From NCBI GenBank assembly GCA_000002445.1, contig CP000069.1:1376001-1440000 (forward strand): a stretch of DNA of 64,000 bases, in the 5' to 3' direction. Under the pieces are notes generated by a model. That model was given only the letters and a program-made list of their open reading frames with translations, ran no database searches and was not told the DNA's origin. Numbering within the stretch: the stretch's first letter is position 1; every line of letters begins with the position of its first letter. Positions 10,635 to 21,763 of this stretch are shown here, one piece after another. Position numbers and translations under genes: made by a program. This DNA comes from Trypanosoma brucei (taxonomy: Eukaryota).

Positions 10635-12335
10635 ATGCATTGTAGGACAGCATCTGATGAAGAGGAGCATCTGAGTCTCCACAATGCCGTTGAGGAGGCG
10701 GTGCATTTAACGTGGAACAATAACTATGAGAGGGCAAAGGAGATACTTTCTCGTCACAAGGCGAATCATCCTCGCTTTTCCCTAGAATTTGCGAATGTGT
10801 TTCTTGTTCAAACTCTCATGAACTCCACCAATGAAACTAGGGAGGTTTTGCTTGACCAACTCAAGGAGGCAGACGCGCTGGCCTCCCATGCCAAGCATGG
10901 TGATTCCATGTTTCGAGTTGGCGAGGTCGCTGGAAACAACGAAAATTTGAGGTTTATCAGCAAGTCCCAGCGACAAAAAAGGAAAAAGGAGTTTGAGCGG
11001 CGTCGGAAGGCCGCACAGAAAGCCGGTGAACCTTTCGACGACGCGTGGAAGTTAGAGTGTGACGTTATTTATGCGGAGGCGTTGTTCATGCGGGCTGTTG
11101 GACAGTTAATGATGAACGCCTACTTCCGGGGTGGGATTAACCTTCGAAAAGCGTGGGGTTTATATTATAAGTTGATTCAGCAAGTAGAGGCTGATACAGA
11201 CGATCGGATTCCAGAAGAATTGAAGATGTGCATCAAGTACGGCACCGGTACCTTCTACACGTTTCTTGCCTTTGTTCCGTCTACTGTGATGAAGGTACTC
11301 TCAGTCGTTGGTTTCGTGGTGGATAGGGAGTTGGGCGAGCGGTACCTTATGGAGGTATTCGAGAGTGATGGAATTCGATCGCCGTTTGCGGCACTTGTGC
11401 TATGCACATTTTACTTGTTTTTGCCAACAGGTCTCGGTAAGGTTGAGGAAACACTCGTGAAGGCGAAGCGCATACTTGACAAGATGAACGAGCGGTACGA
11501 TGCAAATACTTATTTTTATGGTTACTCCAACTTCTACCACAGAAAAAGGGGTGAGATTGAGCAAGCATTGGAAACAATTGAGAAAGCTGAAGCGAACGCA
11601 GAGCGTGTTGGGTTGGTTCCTACTTTGGTCCGTTACCTGCGCGCCGACACGCTTTTCATGGATCTGCGTTTTGAAGAAGCAAAGCAGCGTTACACCAGCG
11701 TCATTGAGCATCTCAGTGTAACAAAGCAAAGCTTCGCATACACAGGACAGGTGGTTCTCTCCCTTGCGGCTTGCTGTGTCATGCTCGGTGATGATAATAC
11801 TGCAGTGTCCTGGTTGAAAAAGGTTGGCTCAATGTACAACCCAAAGTCGAAAAATGACGCCAACTCCCCCAAGTTTGCCTCACGTGTGTTGAATAACAAC
11901 CAACTTCTGCCCCTCTGCGGGGTTTACATGCTATACATTAACCGTGACCTCGCCCACATGAACGTTAATCAGGCTGAACGCGTCCTGATGGAACTCCAAC
12001 GCGTTACCACTGGGAAAGATATGAGCAGCCCGGAGGCCATGTACATGCACACCCTTTTCGTGGCAGTTATTCAGAAGGGTTGCGGCCGCACTGACGAGGC
12101 AGAAGAAGGGATGAAGAAGATATTTGCCAACGAGAAGAGTATACCAAGGGATTCTATGGTTTTGCCTTACGCGTATTATGAAATGGGTGAGCTGGAGTTC
12201 CGACGGGGTCGAATTGAAGAAGCAAAGAGACTCTTTACGAAAGGTCAGTCAATTCCCGGTGATGGAAATGAAACATTGATGAATCGATATCGCATAGCAC
12301 TAAAACAACTTAAACAAAAGACTAATGATGGGTAA
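10635..12335 (+). CDS. TTC39/IML2-family (DUF3808) tetratricopeptide-repeat protein. The first ATG is at 10635; track start 10608 is GTG.
   Basis: The central block ...YGTGTFYTFLAFVPSTVMKVLSVVGFVVDRELGERYLMEVFESDG... matches the family hallmark (Fn...lSlLPp.vlkLle.iGFsGDR..GL..L). TPR-like helical pairs surround it. Confidence 0.55.
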   Translation: MHCRTASDEEEHLSLHNAVEEAVHLTWNNNYERAKEILSRHKANHPRFSLEFANVFLVQTLMNSTNETREVLLDQLKEADALASHAKHGDSMFRVGEVAGNNENLRFISKSQRQKRKKEFERRRKAAQKAGEPFDDAWKLECDVIYAEALFMRAVGQLMMNAYFRGGINLRKAWGLYYKLIQQVEADTDDRIPEELKMCIKYGTGTFYTFLAFVPSTVMKVLSVVGFVVDRELGERYLMEVFESDGIRSPFAALVLCTFYLFLPTGLGKVEETLVKAKRILDKMNERYDANTYFYGYSNFYHRKRGEIEQALETIEKAEANAERVGLVPTLVRYLRADTLFMDLRFEEAKQRYTSVIEHLSVTKQSFAYTGQVVLSLAACCVMLGDDNTAVSWLKKVGSMYNPKSKNDANSPKFASRVLNNNQLLPLCGVYMLYINRDLAHMNVNQAERVLMELQRVTTGKDMSSPEAMYMHTLFVAVIQKGCGRTDEAEEGMKKIFANEKSIPRDSMVLPYAYYEMGELEFRRGRIEEAKRLFTKGQSIPGDGNETLMNRYRIALKQLKQKTNDG

Positions 12336-14184
12336 TAGCGGTAACCACATGACATCGGGGGATGCAGGGGGCACATTTGTGCCGCCATCGCGCCGGCAAG
12401 CCCCGCGTTGCCATAGTTAGCAGCAACATTTCATTTTCCGAGCACAATCTTTTCGTTTTGTGCTTAAGAGGCTTTTAATATTTATACGGAGCTCTCGCCA
12501 CCGCCAGACCATTCCTTTCCACGTGTTGCACACGCAGCGGGTATTGCGTTCTGTTGTGTTGTTGTGGTTTCGTGGAGCTTATGCAAGCGGGTTTACCGCC
12601 GGTGCGGCGGGCTAATGAAAAGGTGGAAGGCGGACGTGCACAATGAGGATGCGGAAGGTGGTAATTTTAAGGGACATACGTCAAATACCACGCCTCTGGA
12701 GATGGAAAAAATAATTTTCCCATCTCAATAACCATTTGGTTATATATAGTTATCTATCTATCTATATAAGTGTCGAAACTTTTTAAAATGATTTTTCTCT
12801 TTTATCTTTGACACCGCCACCGCCACCGCCACCCCTTCCTTTTTTTTCTATTTAGTGCTTTGTAACGGCCCCACTACTGTCACATGCTGAAGCTCTTGTA
12901 TGTTTTTGTGGTTCCTCTGTTTCCTACTGACATTCTTTTTTTTACATTTCTTTCATCGAGCAACTTGGAGGGGGAGAAGGAGCATGTGATAAGGCACCGG
13001 GTGGACTAAACGATATCCATGTGTAGTTGTGTGCTCACCCGCCTCGCACTGCAGTTTATTATTATTATTATTATTCAGCACTTCCTCATTTATTATTTTC
13101 CTTCATCAGCACTAGCGGTGTCAAGCCCACGTATTTCCAGCATTATCCCTTTGTTTTTTTTTAAACTGTCCCTCTTTTTTTGTTTTTTTTTCACTTTTCA
13201 CCCTTTTATCGCCCGCTGAGTTCTGTATGTCGGCGCAGTCAATAACTCAGCAGGTAATTTATTGCTGGAGGTGTGTGGTTACCTACTTTTGCTCATTTCC
13301 CTCCCGAATTCATTTTAATTCCATCTATTTGAATTGCTTTTCCGCTTACTTGTGTCTTTTCTTTAACCTTTTGTTATCATTTCTTTGTTGCCCCTCTCTA
13401 ACTTCTTTGCCTCTCTAATCCTCTAAAATTTGATTTGCAAACTACCCATCTGCTCGCGTTGCCACGGTTGGAAGATAACAGAAAGCAAATAGGAAAATAA
13501 AATAAAATATAGACACCAAGTAGGGAGAGGGAGGGGGAAAAGAAAAATTAGAAGAAAGCAAAAAAGGATATCTCGAAGAAACAACTTACTATATTGAGAG
13601 GGGTGGACCCCAACGAAATCCTTTTATTGATTAATTGGTAGGCAGTCTGTACAAAAGTCCAAGGGATAATACAATAGCAGAAAAATAACAACAATAATAA
13701 TAATTACAAAAGAACTGACAGTAAAGGTAAAATTTTCCCAGTAGTGTCCGCAGCGAACGGTTCTTCTCCACCCGTTGCCGATAGTTAAGTAGATCTTTTA
13801 GTTAAGTGATATATCTATATCTATATCTATATATATATTAAGTATAGAGAAGGAGAGCGTTAATAGGGAGAGCAAAGCGCATTACCAAAGACATTGAATT
13901 TTTACTCGACATTTAGGGGCAATTGCATTTTTGTTGTTTAACCACTGGTGTTGTTTTATAGTTGTGGTTCTCGCTGTTTTTTGCTTGGAGTCAACAGTCG
14001 CGGAGATATCCCCGTGGCGTTTGAAAATATTTGGCGGCGGGAGGACAAACAGGAACTTGACACGTGATATAAGTACATATAGAAACCTCCATTAGCATAC
14101 CAATCTATAAATTTATCCGTTGACGGCAGTGAAACGTGCCTCGGTATTATTTTAAATAGAGTGTGATCGTTTATTGGTAAGTAC

Positions 14185-16644
14185 ATGGACCATGAGGAAG
14201 TTCACGCTGGGGCAAGGACGGGGGCTGGAGGGGGTGAAGAGGATGAAATAACGGAGAATATGGAGTCGGGAACTTATGATGGGACGCAGCAGCAAGCGAA
14301 TTACGATCCCAATGAGCAACTGCAGTATTATTATGATCCCGTTGATGGGAACTACTATTACTATGCACCCCAATATGCAAATGAAGCTGATCCGGCTGGA
14401 GACGTAAATGAAAATGTTGGTAGGTCTGACAAGCGTGTCACTGCGCAAGAATTGGAGAATTGGGAACCAGTGCGCTACAACTGGTTTTCAGACACTGTTT
14501 TGAGCATATTTATGTCACTTGGGTATAAGTTATACCTGTGCATGTTGCTCTATTGTGCCATCATCCTACAATTGATGCTGTCACTCAACTGGACATTGCA
14601 GGTTCTCTATAGGTTTTACGCACCGCAGAGTGAGGGGGATCCGAGCACGTGGTCACCCGTGTGCTTCTTCACTGTTTTTATCCTTCTTAGTTTTTTCGTC
14701 GTCACTGCCCTTTGCACCTCCTGCGATATGCTGCACGGGGCTTGGCGTGCAAAACGCGAGGACATTTACTTTTGGGGAGCTACAACGTGGGCAGGCAAGT
14801 CACCCCCTGTCTGGTTACATTTCTTTGTCATCCTCCTCACCACTGGCTTTCCATTTCTTTGGGCTACTGTTGAGGCGGCGGTGGCAAAAGGCAGCTTTAC
14901 CTACTTTCTATGCATTTATGCTTTCATTGCCGTTGTAACCGTGGAGTTTATGATCGTTGGTTGTTACGTGTGGTTTTACTTCTTGGGGATTCGAGGAAAA
15001 ATAACGGCAATGAGATTGTACAGGGGCCGCGATGATTTCGAAACATGGGAAAGGGCGTCAAAGTACAGTTACAACAAACAACTGAAAAAGCGATGGTACC
15101 ATGCTTCAACTCTATTGGAAGAGTACGGCCTAGACGAAAAGACGCTGCGCAGCAATGCGCTTTCATTTACAATCGGCTATGTTCCGCTTTTTGCGGTGTA
15201 CACGGCGCAGGCGTTTAGCACCAACGTGGACTATCCAGAGATGACCTGGGCCGCAATTTGCACCGTCGCGCTATGTTGCGTGTACTTTTTAGCATGGTTC
15301 ACTGTGTTCCGTAAAAGGTCACACTGGTCTGTGTACTTTGCTATATTTCTAATTGTAACTTTAGTACTAACCGGTATTATTGCCGCCATTACGTGTAACC
15401 TCCCCGGTGCACTCGGGCTTATTATTGTGCTGTTTGTTCTGTCTCAATGTATGCTTGCACGTAAGAGGGAACACACACTCACGCGGGTTGAGCAGCGCAC
15501 GTTGTTTGGGATGACTGATACAACTGAGCAGGAAGACCCCATTCCCAACCGCCGTGTTGACATGCATTTGTGTTGCTGTGGGGATGTGTTGGCAAACTGT
15601 TTCCGCTGTTTAGGGGCAAGAGAGGCTATTGGTTACCGTCACCCGGATGTTGTACGTGTGGAGGAGCAGTACAACCGGGAAAATGTTTCCCTCAGAACTG
15701 ATCAACGATTACTTATGTGGTGGTGGATATTTGTGATGGCTGTCGTTGCTTCTATTATTGGCATTGGGAATCATATGGCGTATGATTACCGAACAGAGAT
15801 AGCGGCAGCAAACGGTGCTCCCATTGAAGGGAACAACACTGGGCTGTTTCTATGCCAGATCAGGTACAACAAAAATGGTTCGGCACCTTTGGGTTTGTAC
15901 GACTTGTCGCTTTTGAGTGCTCTTGCGTACACAGTAGGAGAACCAGGAGAGAGGGATTTCGCTACATGGTTTTCTTTCTTTCCCAACTTTGTGCGCATGT
16001 ACCCGCGTCAGTTGCCACCAAATTCTACATATGCCACTGATGGAATTGAGATACCCTTTTCGCATTATGTGGACATGACAAGCGACTATCACGTCTTTAC
16101 TCTCAATTCTAACTCTCGCGGGCTTTCTTTCATGCGAGACGTTGATGAGTGGGGCATCTCCATCACCTTGCAGTTGGCGAAGGTTTTCTCCCCCTTTGTT
16201 GGTATGTGGCCGGAAGGTTTCCAGCGTTCTTTTGTGCAGCGGGCCGCATTTTTGCAGAGTTGGTTTCCAGGTGTTGATGTTCTCGGTAGCATCTCCAAAT
16301 CCATCAGTCAACTGATCGACGATGGCAAGAAGGAGCGTATTCTTCTTGTTGGTGATGGTTTCAACGGTGGCTACGTGAAGTTATTGTCGACCATTCATGG
16401 AGTGCCGTTTGTTGCATTAAATGCTCCAGGTATAGGTCAAAAGGCTGCTTTGGGAACGGAGGGTACACAGGTGTTGTCACCCCGTTCACTTCTGTCTTAC
16501 GTGGATTCAATTGAGGACACCACACACACCATTTATATTCCTTGTGACTCCCGTCTTTCTTTGGTCCGGTGCAGTAAAATTGAAGCCACTGTTAACACCT
16601 TACGGGGACTGTGCGGTGATGTTCACGGAAGGATGCTGCACTAA
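14185..16644 (+). CDS. Multi-pass membrane protein (819 aa) with a C-terminal lipase class 3 (DAG-lipase-like) domain whose nucleophile motif is degenerate
   Basis: The N-terminal two thirds contain at least 8 hydrophobic helices. The C-terminal domain ...KERILLVGDGFNGGYVKLLSTIHGVPFVALNAPGIG... has the spacing of the lipase_3 core (i.vtGHSLGGAlA.L.......v..vtfG.PrvG), but GHSLGG is replaced by GDGFNGG. Confidence 0.5.
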   Translation: MDHEEVHAGARTGAGGGEEDEITENMESGTYDGTQQQANYDPNEQLQYYYDPVDGNYYYYAPQYANEADPAGDVNENVGRSDKRVTAQELENWEPVRYNWFSDTVLSIFMSLGYKLYLCMLLYCAIILQLMLSLNWTLQVLYRFYAPQSEGDPSTWSPVCFFTVFILLSFFVVTALCTSCDMLHGAWRAKREDIYFWGATTWAGKSPPVWLHFFVILLTTGFPFLWATVEAAVAKGSFTYFLCIYAFIAVVTVEFMIVGCYVWFYFLGIRGKITAMRLYRGRDDFETWERASKYSYNKQLKKRWYHASTLLEEYGLDEKTLRSNALSFTIGYVPLFAVYTAQAFSTNVDYPEMTWAAICTVALCCVYFLAWFTVFRKRSHWSVYFAIFLIVTLVLTGIIAAITCNLPGALGLIIVLFVLSQCMLARKREHTLTRVEQRTLFGMTDTTEQEDPIPNRRVDMHLCCCGDVLANCFRCLGAREAIGYRHPDVVRVEEQYNRENVSLRTDQRLLMWWWIFVMAVVASIIGIGNHMAYDYRTEIAAANGAPIEGNNTGLFLCQIRYNKNGSAPLGLYDLSLLSALAYTVGEPGERDFATWFSFFPNFVRMYPRQLPPNSTYATDGIEIPFSHYVDMTSDYHVFTLNSNSRGLSFMRDVDEWGISITLQLAKVFSPFVGMWPEGFQRSFVQRAAFLQSWFPGVDVLGSISKSISQLIDDGKKERILLVGDGFNGGYVKLLSTIHGVPFVALNAPGIGQKAALGTEGTQVLSPRSLLSYVDSIEDTTHTIYIPCDSRLSLVRCSKIEATVNTLRGLCGDVHGRMLH

Positions 16645-18257
16645 GGACCCGCATGCGGCCGTATCGTTTACGTCTCGTTTGTTCTTTCTCACGTTTTTGT
16701 TTTTTAGGTTCTCCCTATTGTCTACCCATCGCTTTTGTTTTTTTTTTCCTTATCGTTTCTCTCTTCTCTGTAATTACAGATTTACGCTCCACTTTCGTAT
16801 TTTTGTTATTTATTTCTACTATTTATTGTTATCATTATTGACATTATTATTAATTTATATTTACTTAGTATGTCTGTGAAGAGAAGAGTTAGCCCATTTT
16901 TTGTGCATTTTTTTTTTACTGACTGTTCGCTACCGTGGTGTCATCAGGGATTCCGCAGCGCCTTTCTTTGTTCATTCATTCATCCCTTTGATGATGTTCG
17001 TATCGGTTTCGTTCTTTATAGACAAGAATTCGGAAATTTAGGGCTCCTTATGCTCTCTCGTTATAGAAGACCTCATTATTTGTGCGAGTTCGCTGTTTTT
17101 TTTTTTCTTTCCCCCTAGTTGGGCACCCTCAGTTTCATGCTCACTGTGCAGCTATCCATTTTTTTTTTTTAAATCAAGCTTAGGGATATGTGTGTATGTG
17201 TATGTAGGCACATGAAACTGTGGTTACCCTCCCACGCTCATCTCTCCCTCTTTTAGTTTCTTTACCAAATAAATCAGTTTCTCATGTATCGCGGTAATAG
17301 ATGTTTTATATTTGTTTCTGTGTTTTGTGTTTTTTCATAATTTTCTATATATATATATATTGTCCCGTCGTTCCGTCTCTACCCTTTCATCTGCTTTTTT
17401 TTTAAATTCTCTCCACCTTTCTTTGCACTTTAGAGTGATTTGTAATTGGAGGCAAAGCTGAAGAAAGGGGCAATGATTCGACGGACAGTAGTGACGTCAG
17501 TACGGTACACACGAAAGTTTGCAGCGGCTGCTACTCGACCGAGCGCCAACATCGCGCAGAAAGTTTCCAAAGTTAATGGCGCAACAGGTGCTGACGGCGA
17601 CTCGATTGTCGACAAGTTGTTTGTGTTGGGTTGCGTGAGTGCCGTTTCAGCATGGGCCGTTTTTGGACCCGCTGTCCAATCACACCACTAAACTTATGGT
17701 GGAATGTAGGAATGTAATTAATTAGCACAGCTTCCCCTGGCTTGTTACTGCTATCAATGATTTACGATTTATATGTCTGCCTTTTTGTGGCTGTTATCGT
17801 TTTATCACAACTTCTTCTTAGGAAATCTTCTCTTTATACATGCCAGATGCGTGCATGTGACATGTGGAACGGGTAGAGGAGAAATGGGAGTATGGATTAT
17901 AGGTTTTTTCCCGTTTCTACAACTTTCTAGGTTGGTGGGAATTCCTTCCACCAAGTTTCAAACCGTCTCATAACTCTCTCCCCTTCCTTTGCCTATGGTT
18001 AAGTCACATTAACTACTTACACGGCAATGCTGTGCCTACAGTTTAACCCATTATCGTTGATGTTATCGTGGGTTCGATACAGGAGAAACCCCATGTAAAT
18101 ATATTTATATATCCTTCTCTGTCCACTCGTTTCCTTTTCTGTTTTTTTTTGCTCCGCGCATGCGTGTGTTTGGTGGTGGAAAACAAAACAAAAAAACACA
18201 AAAAGTATTGATTCTCCTGTTGCAGGTGGGATAGACAACTGTAGGAACGCGGCACCT

Positions 18258-20783
18258 ATGTTTAACGTAAGAACGCCGATGTCGCGCGATGGGCGAGTTC
18301 ATGGAAGATGCTCGCCTGTGCTTGAGCTTTCATCTCCCCACGGGTATACTCCTTCGCTTCAGGAACGGGTATCACCAACGGTTGCTCCAACCCCGTGTTT
18401 CCGCAGCGAGGGGTGCCGATCCCCAGCAGTTCAGGGATTCAGACCACCTCCTCCGATTATTAGTGTGGGGCAACTAATTTATCCGACAGACCGCGACTCG
18501 CCCGCGACTCCTGGACTAAACACTGCCATTCCCTCCTCTCCATCACCATTGGCTGAAGCACGTTTTGGGATTGCGAGCGCAGGGCACATCCACCGGCCCT
18601 CCGGTATCGCTCCCGTGGCGCGTAAACTATCGACACCGTGTGCAAACCCTGTTGCCGAGGCAAAGCCAGTGGCGCGGCCCTCGTTTAGTAGTGATTGTGG
18701 TCGCATCGTGGAGCACCGCGACCCAACAACACATGAGGTTATCTCAAGTTATCGCTGTCGCATGCTGCTGGGCGCAGGTGGTTTCGCACAGGTGTTTGAA
18801 TTTGAAGAGGTGTCTACAGGTATCAGTTACGCTTGCAAGGTGGTGGAAAGGAAGAACCTAGCGCGTGGCGGGTCTTCGGCGAGATTTCGCATGGAGGTCG
18901 ATATACACAGCAGGATGAATCACCCTAATATACTTCGCTTCATAAAGTCATTTCAAGATGAATTTTACCATTATATAATACTTGAACAATGCAGCCAGGA
19001 GAGTTTAATGGATCTTTCAAAGAAGCGCGGTGCTTTCAACTGTCAGGAGATACAGTACATCATGCGACAGATTGTGTCTGCGGTAGAGTATATGCACAAC
19101 AGCATGATTATTCACAGGGACCTGAAGTTGGGGAACGTCTTGATTGACTTCGAAGGGAATATGAAGCTCGGGGACTTTGGCTTTGCTAGCGAGTTCACTT
19201 CGCCGTTTGAAAAGAAAACAACGGTGTGTGGAACGCCAAACTATTTGGCTCCGGAAGTTCTTGCATGCAAATCAACTGGTGTGGGATATGGGTTGGAAGC
19301 GGATATCTGGAGCTTAGGGGTGCTTCTTTATGCCCTTGCCGTTGGGAAGCCGCCGTTTGAAGCAAAAGATATCAGCGCCACGTATCACAGAATTCGAAAA
19401 GTGGATTACTCTTTTCCGGAAGGTATATCGATTCCGGAACCTTGCAAAGACCTTATTCAGTGGATGCTCCAGGGCGACCCGCAGAAGCGACCGGTTCCGG
19501 TGCAAATATTGGCGCACAGTTTTCTGTGTTTGCCTCTTCCGCCACGCACAGCGCCAAAGTCTCTTGTGCCTGTTGACGGACAGGTGGGGGGGTCCCGAAG
19601 TGAAAGGTGTGGATCTCGTCGGATCTCGCCTCCACCCGTGCAGGCACCTGCAACCCGCTGCAGTAGTGGGGTCGACGGGCGTGCGGACCGCTTCGCCTTG
19701 ACGCAAAACCGTATGGGTCCAACCGACTGCGAGGATCGGGCAGTGCTCCAAGAGGCTGCGGGAGTAGAGAGGTGTGGGGACGAAGCTGCGTCTGCAACTG
19801 CAGGTGGCACATTGACCACTGAGAAAAGGAACACAATTAAGCCTCCACCGCCTACTGCAATGCTTCAGAGTTGCGTGTCTTGTAGCAAGTACGGGTTTGG
19901 GTTTCTTACCCTTCAGAATGGCTGCCGGTATCCGGAGGCTTTCCTGAATGATAAAACCAAATTGGTTTTCGATCGCAACACGGATACTGTACTCTATTAC
20001 GACCGGTCGCGGCTTCAGGCAGTGACGAGAGAGTCCAGGAACCATAGTCCACTCCTCAGCGAAGATTTGGCCAAAAGGGGGTTCTGTGACGAATTGGTTG
20101 TTTTTCGCAACGCTTCCCGCACTCTGGTGCGTCGGAGTGAAAACAAGGACGACGGCGACCGCATGGAGGCTGCAGCAGCAAAGAAACTTGCCATAATAAA
20201 GTTTTTTCTACCATGTCTAGAGTGCGGCACAAGGGACAAGCGAATGACGGTCCTAACGTGTGCCCTTAGGGGCTGGTCCCCTTCTTGGGGGACGGAACTG
20301 TTTGCTCCTTGTCGAACGGGTGGCGAGCGACCTGACGTCGTTTACGTAAAGGACGCAGTTGCTGGGACCCTACATGAGCTAACTAATGAGCATCAGGATG
20401 TTGACATGACACTTCTCGCTGCTCGCATGTCCGACTACTCCTTTCACGTTTCCATGCGTTGTGATGCGGCCCAACAATCCCTACACCGTCCTATATATGA
20501 TGGCGGGGAAGCTAATGTCACGGAGCAACAATGGAGTTTTGATGTTTTGGTGTACTCCGGTTTCCATGCGCTTATGGCATTCGAGGATAGAGGTACACGC
20601 TTCGCTATGTCCTTTGAGGATCTACGAAATCACACAGAGGCAACGATGGGTGGGAAGGTGTACTTTGCCGCTGGGTCTACAGTTTGCAGCAAGCACATAA
20701 CGATACCAACACCAACACTACAGGCAATAGGTGTGCTACTCCGAAGAGTTCGCTGCTGTGCAAATATTGTGGAGTGCTTTTAA
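18258..20783 (+). CDS. PLK: Polo-like kinase
   Basis: The Ser/Thr kinase domain has GAGGFAQV...YACKVV, HRDLKLGN, DFGFA and GTPNYLAPE motifs. A C-terminal polo-box region (CVSCSKYGFGFLTLQNGCRYPEAFLNDKTKLVFDRNTDTVLYYDRS...) is present. A P/S-rich N-terminal extension of about 165 aa precedes the kinase domain, and the true start (18258 or 18279) is uncertain. Confidence 0.85.
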   Translation: MFNVRTPMSRDGRVHGRCSPVLELSSPHGYTPSLQERVSPTVAPTPCFRSEGCRSPAVQGFRPPPPIISVGQLIYPTDRDSPATPGLNTAIPSSPSPLAEARFGIASAGHIHRPSGIAPVARKLSTPCANPVAEAKPVARPSFSSDCGRIVEHRDPTTHEVISSYRCRMLLGAGGFAQVFEFEEVSTGISYACKVVERKNLARGGSSARFRMEVDIHSRMNHPNILRFIKSFQDEFYHYIILEQCSQESLMDLSKKRGAFNCQEIQYIMRQIVSAVEYMHNSMIIHRDLKLGNVLIDFEGNMKLGDFGFASEFTSPFEKKTTVCGTPNYLAPEVLACKSTGVGYGLEADIWSLGVLLYALAVGKPPFEAKDISATYHRIRKVDYSFPEGISIPEPCKDLIQWMLQGDPQKRPVPVQILAHSFLCLPLPPRTAPKSLVPVDGQVGGSRSERCGSRRISPPPVQAPATRCSSGVDGRADRFALTQNRMGPTDCEDRAVLQEAAGVERCGDEAASATAGGTLTTEKRNTIKPPPPTAMLQSCVSCSKYGFGFLTLQNGCRYPEAFLNDKTKLVFDRNTDTVLYYDRSRLQAVTRESRNHSPLLSEDLAKRGFCDELVVFRNASRTLVRRSENKDDGDRMEAAAAKKLAIIKFFLPCLECGTRDKRMTVLTCALRGWSPSWGTELFAPCRTGGERPDVVYVKDAVAGTLHELTNEHQDVDMTLLAARMSDYSFHVSMRCDAAQQSLHRPIYDGGEANVTEQQWSFDVLVYSGFHALMAFEDRGTRFAMSFEDLRNHTEATMGGKVYFAAGSTVCSKHITIPTPTLQAIGVLLRRVRCCANIVECF

Positions 20784-21763
20784 CGTATGTGTTTGTAATT
20801 ACACTTGTCCCCAAAAAGAATAGGTTTCAGCACAAGTCTGTTGGTTTGCCTGTGCACGTGTGTTGGGGAGGGAGGGGGGAGAGGGTGATAACTTAATGTG
20901 AAGGAGAGAGGATCGGAAAATAGGAGGAAAAACAAGTTTAGGTGTGTGGAAAAGCACCGAAGGGAGTGCCGTTATATATAGAGAGAGGAATGGCGTGCGG
21001 ACTTACTTTCGAATGCCGATTCTTCAGTAATTTGTTCAGAGCCAACACCCAAGTTTCAGATGTGTTACCATTGCAATGCATGGAGACACCTCTCATCCCC
21101 TCTCATTCTCTCTCTCTCACATCCCCCGTTTGTTATCATATTATTTTTGTCAGGATTCTGGCCTTCACTTTCCTTTTTGTTATTATTTTTTGTCTTTTAT
21201 TTTTCTGTTTTTAATCATTACGTGATTCATAGAACACCATATTATGCCTTGCAGATAGAGATCGACTGACACTCCCTCGTGGGCTTGTGAAGCATTTGAT
21301 ACGGTTTTTACTTTCCTTGTTTATAAATGTTGACCAACACTTCCTGCAGCGGTGGGTGGTGGCAGGCAGTGTGCAACCCCTGTTCGTGTGTATGACGGCG
21401 GTCTGCTGTCGAAATAAATACATTAATACTCTTATGCAACGTTAAAACCATTTGTGTTTCGGCTGTTTGTTCAATTTCAGGCACCTGCGATATTTTGGTT
21501 TTTGGAGTTAGTCATTTTCTTTCTCTCCTCTTTCTTTTTCGGATATATTGTATCGTGTTTGTGTATGTGTGTGTGTGCCTGCACCTGGTAACTTACATTC
21601 GCCATGACCAAGAAGAGTATTAAGAAAAGGCTGGGAAAAGAGATAAAAAGAAAAAAAAGTATAATACCAGCAGTGGAAGAGGAGGAGGAGTTCCACATTT
21701 AGCCAGCAGAGGTACCAATTCAGTAACTCCTTGTGTGTGTGTGTGTGTCTGTTTGGGAGGGGT

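Noticed and set aside
18055-18075. Possible tRNA T-arm (gggttcgatac)
   Set aside because: There is no flanking acceptor-stem complementarity, no A-box or B-box spacing, and no cloverleaf could be folded. No tRNA is called.
19314-20045. 243 aa minus-strand ORF, and similar antisense ORFs such as 3550..4053, 4741..5226, 15850..16311, 54881..55225 and 55941..56309
   Set aside because: They lie entirely inside well-supported sense-strand genes (PLK, LRR, RPL15, the membrane protein, ingi). GC-rich coding sequence often gives open antisense frames, and no motif supports them.
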